From Phoronis australis (lineage: Eukaryota > Animalia > Phoronida): a stretch of DNA of 64,000 nucleotides. The translations under genes and the position numbers were made by a program. Of the stretch, positions 56,507 through 64,000 are shown one piece after another. The stretch is taken from positions 248,001-312,000 of the forward strand of contig NMRA01000132.1 in assembly GCA_002633005.1 (NCBI GenBank), in the 5' to 3' direction. A model generated the notes under the pieces. That model had not been told where the DNA came from and ran no database searches. It worked only from the letters and a program-made list of their open reading frames with translations. Position 1 is the stretch's first letter. Each line of letters begins with the position of its first letter.

Positions 56507-57037
56507 CATTACGGCGTTTTCCCTGTTGCTTACAACTTGCTCCATTCTATAGCCCAACAACAAGTGTGGAAGATGACCCCTGTAGTCAATATCTCACACG
56601 ACTGATTAACTCTATTCTGGCATTTAGGGTTGGAGGGCTAGCTCTCTTTTGTTTGATAATTGCTCTTATCACCAATGAGATCATGTCTAGCCTGACTGGG
56701 TTGCGCTGTTAAAAATAAAAGTAAAGTTATAACACATTTGAACTTAAACCAAAAATATTTCTGAAGTCCTCGTCAAATGGTGATCATGCTTAGTTTTTGA
56801 ATCGTGAAAATTGCCCAACTACAACCAAAGTTACAACAATCTATTCTTTCTGAACATACGCTTTGGGTTTGACTGTGTTCACCTGAGGTCGGTAATAAGC
56901 CTGGTAGATAATTGGCCTGAGTGCCTGTTGTCATACCAGACAAAAGACTGAGCTTGGCTGTTAAGAAGCAAGATGTTTCCACAGGCTCATCACCCTCTAC
57001 GTCTGGTAAAGTCACTAAACAGGAAAACGCCGTCATG
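56507..57037. mobile_element. ~530-bp TIR element just 3' of the gene C stop; related copy at 62340-62857
   Basis: Ends CATTACGGCGTTTTCCCTGTT / AACAGGAAAACGCCGTCATG; absent at the same position in A and B. Partial copies at 34900-35110 and (inverted) 25610-25870. Confidence 0.65.
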
Positions 57038-57075
57038 GAAAAGCAAAACATCACTGCATTTCATAAGTTCAGAGG

Positions 57076-60000
57076 TCACTCCCTTGGTTGAACTTTGGCC
57101 CAGACACCATTTGCAGGAGACATGGGCTTCATCTTGTCCATAACCAGTGGCACCTGGAATTTAAAACCGAAACTTTAACTGAGCAATCAAATTAGCATCA
57201 AAGATTATATTTTATGAGCAATATGTTTGGTAAAAACAAGATGCTTTGGTCAAATTGTGTGTGCTTTCGTCTGCATTCTGGGCAATGGAGTGGTTAACGC
57301 TACCCTTAGCATATTACTATCCCCCCAACAGAGGCAAATGTTAATGAAAGTCTAAAAGACCCATAAACACATGTCACATGCAAGGTACTCCCCTTGATTC
57401 AAAATGTACTTTGAGGGAGGGGCTTAAGATATCTGATAAACACTCTGTTGTGGCGTTTAGGTTCACAAGCCCATAATCTGCCAACCAACTATAGAGGAAA
57501 CACTGGGGCTACTCAACAAAGGAGCAGCACTTTCAATGCATGGTTTCTCTTTTAATTATTTTGTAGTTAACCCATTCCTGTGAACGCAAAGACTGAAAAT
57601 TCTACTGCTTTTAATGATAGAGTCAGTACATAATATTTAGACTCTGGTGGCAAAAATGGTCTGCATTGCTTGTAACATTTTGTTCAACTGTAAAAATGCA
57701 GGGATATCAACGATGGACGTACATCTCTGTTCCCTGATCTCCAAAAAAGAAGCCAGTCATCAAAGCCCAGGAGTTGTGGCAATTGGTTATTCATATCCCA
57801 ACTCTTAGGAAGCTTTCAGTTTTAACCATTGGGAAAGTGGTTAGATATAGCACTTCATGTCCTTCTAAAACCCTTAGCTACACTTAGCTATTTCCTAACA
57901 CAACAAACAGCTCTACATCTCACACCCGTATCTAAACTATCTCCTTATACCCCAAACACTCTCTATTCCTCCTAACACTTATTGATCTCCTTATACCCCA
58001 AACACTCTCTATTCCTCCTAACACTTATTGATCTCCTTATACCCCAAACACTCTCTATTCCTCATAACACTTACTGATCTCCTTATACCCCAAACACTCT
58101 CTATTCCTCATAACACTTATTGATCTCCTTATACCCCAAACACTCTCTATTCCTCCTAACACTTATTGATCTCCTTATACCCCAAACACTCTCTATTCCT
58201 CATAACACTTATTGATCTCCTTATACCCCAAACACTCTCTATTCCTCCTAACACTTACTGATCTCCTTATACCCCAAACACTCTCTATTCCTCCTAACAC
58301 TTACTGATCTCAATCATTCTCCCAACACTATAATCCATGCTCATTCAATACGAAGTTCGTCCATTTCCTTGTGTCGTTATCACTGTATCACATTACAGTA
58401 TTTGGCAGGTTTCCGGTATTTTTGAATAAATTGAAATACTTAGGCCCTGATATCATACACATTTTAACGTTGTACTGAAAACGTTGAATATTGTGATATG
58501 ATCAGTCTCTTTTTCTCTCTATCTGTATTATGATCTTCATATAACACTCAAAACATCACACCTGCAACACTTGGTCTTTCAGCCACTCCACCACCTCATT
58601 CATGCACTCAACACATCCAAAAGCCTCTGCTGCACATGACACTATTTCTTTCCAACTCTCAGAACAATATCCCCAAGTGACACTTATAAAACTTGTGACC
58701 GTGACTTTAGAGAAACAATACACTACCTCGGTTTTTTCACATCGTACAAATCTGAATTTTTGCAAGATAGCCGCCAGCAGCATTCTCACTTGAAGCTGTG
58801 CAAGTCTCATTCCTATACAGTTTCGGGGGCCCACACCAAATGGCAGGTACACGTAGGGATTGTGATTGGCTTTGTTTTCAGGGCTGAACCTGAAATGAAA
58901 TCGTACAAATGACTTATTCAATGTCTCCTTTTAGTTAGCTTGGATACTTAGGAACACTCCCTCTGCCGTCAAGCACAGAAAATATCCTTATGAAAAATAA
59001 ACTGAGAATCTCACCGGATTCCAGTTTTGTCACTTAATCACCCATTATAGTTAGAAATGCCAGTGAGAACTCAGTGGGAATTGAACAGCTGGGGCAGTCA
59101 GTGAGAAAATAGTGAGAAAATGTTATGTAACAGTGAGAATCCAGCAAGAATTTTGGTCTTAGAAAAATTCTGAGTGAGAATCCAGTGAGAACTGTGGTCT
59201 TAGGAAAATTCTGAGTGAGAATCCAGTGAGAATTTGGACTTGCAAAAATTAGAGTGAGAATTAGTGAGAATTTAAGACAAACACCCTGATTGGTTGTTCC
59301 TGTGGAAATTTCAGTTGGGCCAGATTTCTGAATTCAAACTAAAATGGCACCAGGAATGAACAGTTGATATGAAGTAGAGAAATAGCTTGAAGATTGTGGA
59401 AGTTTTTCTCACAAATATTGTGAAATTACAGAACAGTTTGTGTGCAAATGAATCAGGGGGAACCTGGACTGAATGTGTGTTAACAAGCTTAAAGTTAGTA
59501 CATTTCATACACAGTAGAGTGCAAGAACCACCAGTATTAGACTGATGTCTTCATTCTGTGTTGACAGCTGATTTGCTGATTCAGCAAAAGCATTAAAAAA
59601 TGTTAGTTTAAGTCTGCTGTATTTCACAATGCAATTAAATTGTACCAACAGTCAAATTTCAAGATAAACTCACAAAAATAAGCAGTGTTACCAATAAAGC
59701 TTTGAACTATCATCTATTCAGTCAATGGCTATATAAAATGCACACACAAAATATTCTGAGTCCAAAATTTTCACCCAGTGAGACTTTCAGTAAGACAAAT
59801 TCTCACTGAGTGGGAATGCTATACAAATCAGTTAGATTCTCACTGAATTCTAACTGGAATATAACAGTACTGTATTATGACTAGAGTGAGATTTTTGTCT
59901 CAGTAATTTGAATGGCGTCTTAATTAATTAGATTCTCACTGGAATCTCATCGGACTCTAGTGAGATTCTCACTGACTTCTAGGATAAGAATTTCCTTAAG

Positions 60001-63000
60001 TTTTTTAAAGGTTTCTAACAAAAAAATGTGTGAAATTCAATGCTGGGCTGATAAACTGCTCACAACAAATGGATGTTTACTTCATATCGGGATGCTTCGC
60101 TTAAATCACTTAGTCTCCTCCAGTTTTGGTTTTGAAATTTTTAAATTAAATTGCAGCAAATTGAGACTTGGCTGTCTTCTTTTGTTGATAACAATGAACA
60201 AAAATATTTCCAAAATAACATGGTTTACAAAATTAAAACTGTACCTTTCTGGATCAAATTTTTCAGGATCTGGATAGAACTCAGGGTCATGGTGTATCCC
60301 ATAAACTGGAATGTTGACAATGGATCCTTTAGGAAAGAATTGACCGCTTAGGGTGATATTTTCTGCACATTCTCTCTCTAGTCTGAAAAATAAATTTTGC
60401 TTTAAATAATGCATGTGTGTCAGCATAGATAATAGACAACAGATTAGCAACTGCGACATTTTCATGTGTACTATCCTAGAAGAGACGCCACTCTGCTAAA
60501 TTAACAATTTTAGTTTCCGGTTCAAAAGTGTATTGTGACAGGAAATTCTCGCATCTATTTTACTGTCTAGCACAACGAAAAAATAATTTTGGCAGTGAAA
60601 CGCTGTTGAATGTCTTCCAATAACAGAACTGTTGGTATCGAGAGGACTTTTGGCACCCACCACACAACAGTCGATCATGATTAGCAGACGACGTACTTGC
60701 CAGAAGTAAAACTTGCTAATTTTGCCAGGTGTCGCTAGTGAATAATGATGTCCTGCTTCTGCCCAAGATCACAGATTTCGTCTATCTAAAATATACGGAG
60801 TTGACGTGCTTGGCGGTCCATGTACTACTATAGTTTATGGGGTCAGCCATGTACGCAGCACGCCTACCATACAATGGCATGCCTTTTGCCATTCTGAACA
60901 CTACCCTAGTGCTTGTAGGAGGCAGATGTCAATAGGAATAACTCCATTACAAATACTAGAGGGATTTCTGAATTCGGAAACGTCCATTTTTCAAAAGTGA
61001 CTGCGGCCACAAACCCCCCTAGGGGGCTTGCGGAAAAAAGTGGACCGGTGTGCTCTTTCGGAAACTTGCATAGCCGAGCACAGCGCCCTCGTTCAGCAGT
61101 GGGCTGTACGACAATATCTGCATATTAATGAAATTTGAAAGTTCCGGTGGTTATTTGTTGCTACCTAGTTCTTAATTTTTGCTGACTTTTCTTTATCATG
61201 GACGATAGAATAAAAAATGACTGTTTCAAAATCAAGTATCTCAATTCTATGAAATGCATTTAACTAATCTGAGTGAAAACACATGGATATGAGACGCCTG
61301 ACAAGGTATTGTAATTTCCATGTAACAAAAGGCAGTTTGGCATAGCGGCTTGGGTTTGTGAGGCAGTGCTCCATTTGGCAATGTGCTGCTAGCCAACACA
61401 ACTTCAGATTGTGTTCGATGACCTGGGAAAAATTCCAACTCGTCACGAAGTTGCCAAAGCGAGTATCAAAGTCTGACAATAATTATTACCCCTAAATTAG
61501 TTTCAAAGTTCGTGTTGAACTTCTGAACTGGTTACGAACAGTTTTCTTTGATTCGTTTACTTTAGTTCACAATTGTTCCGTTTGTTTCGTGAATTTGGTG
61601 CATTTGCCACCCCCCGCAGTCAGCACACATCAAGAGGAAGTATAAACAGACGGAAGTACGACTTGTTCGGAAAAAATTGGGGAAGGTCGGACCATATAAC
61701 ATGCACTACCTACATTCTGTGTTGGTAAGAGGAATTGAGTCAGAGACTGAATGGTGCATATGATGCTACCTTCAATAAAAATGCAGAACCCTGGTTACCT
61801 TGTAGAGACATTGTTCTGTCATTACCATTCCCTTGACCAAATGTACAATCCATGGAACTATAGGAAGTGATGTCAATGGCCCAACAAAGGGCCAGCATCT
61901 TGGTTAATCTGGCATTCAGTCTAACTGAGCAAGAATGAATGACAAGCTGCATGGACTGTGTTCAACATGGTGTAGGACATAAGTCACACACAAGATGCTA
62001 CCCGTTTGTTGGGACGTCAACATCATTTTCAATTGTTTCATGGATGGAAAATACTGGCAATGAAGGGAGTGGTAATTAATGTAGAACAATGTCTCTGAAA
62101 GGAGAGATGTGTAATTTTATTAATCAAAATGTAACATATCAATTGTTTCCTAGTTTAAGTGTTTGAAAAGAAATGTGGTGTGAATGTGTGGAGGGTCCCC
62201 ATAGAAAGCCCCACTCAGCACCTGGCATTACATTACCTCATTACAAATACTCACCTAGAGGTGATTGCACTTAAATGCATTGTTGCTTATCCATTGTCAA
62301 TTTAAAATGTTACAGAACAGTGGTAGAGTTTGTGCATGGCATTAGGGCCTTCTCCTGTTGACCCCAACTTGTTCCATCAGATAGCAAACAAACAAGTTGG
62401 CCAGTTGGTTAGTGTAGTCAGTAACTTACAAGGGGACTGATCAATTCTAATGGGGTATTTATGGTTGGAGGGCCAGCTCTCTTTTGTTCGATAATTGCTC
62501 TAATCTCCGATAAGATTGTATTATCCAGCCTGGCTGGGCTGTGCTGCTAAAAATAAAAGATAAATAATAAACTGTTTGAACATAAGCCAATAACAATTCC
62601 GAATTCCTTGTAAAATACTGATCATGTTTAGATTTAGAACCACCAAAATTGCCTAACCTAACTAAAACTGAAGTTAAGAGAAGCTATTCTATCAGAACAC
62701 AACACATTAGTTTCAGTAACCCTTTGAAGCATGGCAGAAAATTGGGCTACATGTCGTCATACCAGACAAAAGACTGGGCTCAGCAGTTAACAGAGGAACC
62801 AGATGTTCAGAGCCAGCACAGTCTAGTAAAGTCATTGAACATGAGAAAGCCCTACTGGTACCAGTGTTTCATTTTGGTGTAAATGACACTGACACCTGGA
62901 GTCATCTACACAAACTCATGGAATAGTTGGATTTCCAGTTTCTCCTGAAATTTTTACCGAAACGGTGTCCAAAACGAATTGAATTCAACTGTCCAGTACC

Positions 63001-63155
63001 CGCACAAGCAAAAAAGTGCATAATCTTGGGCCAGTCATGCTGCAGTTAGAAACATAAGCTACATACCGGGGTGCAAGAGGGTACATCCGAAGGGTTTCAG
63101 CTATAAACATCTCCATGTACTGTAGCTTGTTGGTGTTGTCATAGTCGGGCTCAGC
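57076..63155 (-). CDS. Cytochrome P450, clan 3 (CYP3A-like), gene C; exons 11-14 only, 5' part lies beyond the window
   Basis: Exons 63155-63067 ([11 protein letters not shown]), 60382-60245 (to DPER), 58889-58727 ([10 protein letters not shown]), 57153-57076 ([25 protein letters not shown]). Lengths 89/138/163/78 match gene B. Sequence to 64000 resembles intron 10 of A and B. Confidence 0.93.
57940..58311. repeat. 46-bp minisatellite, 8 near-identical copies
   Basis: Unit TCTCCTTATACCCCAAACACTCTCTATTCCTC(C/A)TAACACTTA(T/C)TGA in intron 13 of gene C. Confidence 0.95.
58983..59990. mobile_element. ~1-kb non-autonomous DNA transposon with GTGAGAA/TTCTCAC subterminal repeats
   Basis: Degenerate ends TATCCT...TGAGAATCTCAC / GTGAGATTCTCA...AGGATA; many AGTGAGAA repeats; absent from intron 12 of A and B. 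Confidence 0.7.
60424..60839. mobile_element. MITE with CATAGA-type ends and ~7-bp TSD (P-element-like)
   Basis: CATAGATAATAG / CTATAGTTTATG flanked by GTGTCAG and GGGTCAG; gene B has the empty site GTGTGTCAGCCATGTACGC at ~32786. Confidence 0.65.
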
Positions 63156-64000
63156 CTAAACATATAAATATCATGCACAATATGTCAGTTTCATAGAGGA
63201 TATTGGTCACTAAGCACCTATAGTAACCTGACATATGAAGCCAACTTAAGGAAATGCCTTAAAATCATGAGAGCTGCTGTAAGATATGTACAACAGCACT
63301 GCAGTTTTCAAAATAAAATGAACATCAAAATTCATCACTTTTCAGCACACAAAACTGCAACTACTATTTATGGTCGACATATGTCCCAAATGATATATAA
63401 TAGATCGTGCGTCGCAAGCTCGTTACCAGAGATGAAACCAAGACTTATTTCTGTTTTACTAGAACTCGGGTAAACCAACGCTGCAAGCATAAATTAACCA
63501 CAACTTTTTCACTGCATGCACTTTGAGGTTTTCCTAAGTATTTTTGGAATGGGTTGTACTGTCCTCCATCTTGAAAACTTAATAATAAGGCTACAGTCTG
63601 TAATTTTCAAAATACGCTAGACATACTTCGACAAAAGAAAGACTCTGGTAATCTTGCCAGCATTATTTGGCAATTAACTTGAACCTTTGTCACAATGAAA
63701 TATTATTTTGTCAAAATTTTGTCAGTTTAATGTCACATTATTTCGACTAGCTAATTATTTATTGATGAAGTGGACTGAGTTGTCGTAATTTTGACAACAT
63801 GCATGAAGAAACAACACCTGGGAGTTAGTCAAGGTTCAGCCAGGAGTAATATGTACACCTGAGTGCGAGCACAGTCGGTGTATAATTCATACAATGGCAT
63901 GACCTTGAGGTCATACAGAGCACTTTTCACTGACATGGGCTTATATGTGAGTGGTGGGCTTGTATACATGAGGTGGAGCTTATACTTAGGTGTGGGGTTA

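Noticed and set aside
57061-57078. Selenocysteine recoding of the terminal UGA
   Set aside because: The aligned residue in gene A is Leu, not Cys, and I could not identify a SECIS element by eye.
57940-58311. CRISPR-like regular repeats (also 49105-49770)
   Set aside because: Whole units repeat with no unique spacers, there are no cas genes, and the context is a eukaryotic intron.
61750-62340. Very old RT-like (RTE) remnant in intron 11 of gene C
   Set aside because: Only faint motif echoes across broken frames; cannot be supported without a profile search.

Overview
AT-rich, intron-rich eukaryotic DNA, probably from an invertebrate animal (inferred from the repeat landscape). The window is a cluster of three closely related clan-3 (CYP3A-like) cytochrome P450 genes, arranged A(+) then B(-) then C(-). 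I assembled them exon by exon from GT-AG splice sites and reading phase. Gene A (5201-27809, 14 exons, 506 aa) and gene B (31258-51975, 14 exons, 502 aa) are complete and open. Gene C (57076-63155) contributes only its last four exons and continues beyond the window. Both complete proteins have Asn in place of the catalytic I-helix Thr (B: AGFENIAS; A: AEFENNAS), and paralog differences cluster in substrate-recognition sites. Introns and flanks hold many decayed mobile elements: CR1/L2- and Tx1-type LINEs, an internally deleted Gypsy, IS3EU- and Academ-like transposase fragments, a Helentron-type element and many MITEs. Several can be delimited against empty sites in the paralogs. The most unusual small feature is a 99-bp insert with a Penelope-type hammerhead ribozyme core that landed on, and duplicated, the exon 12 splice donor of gene B. 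No database searches were run; family calls come from motif recognition, and percent identities are by-eye estimates.
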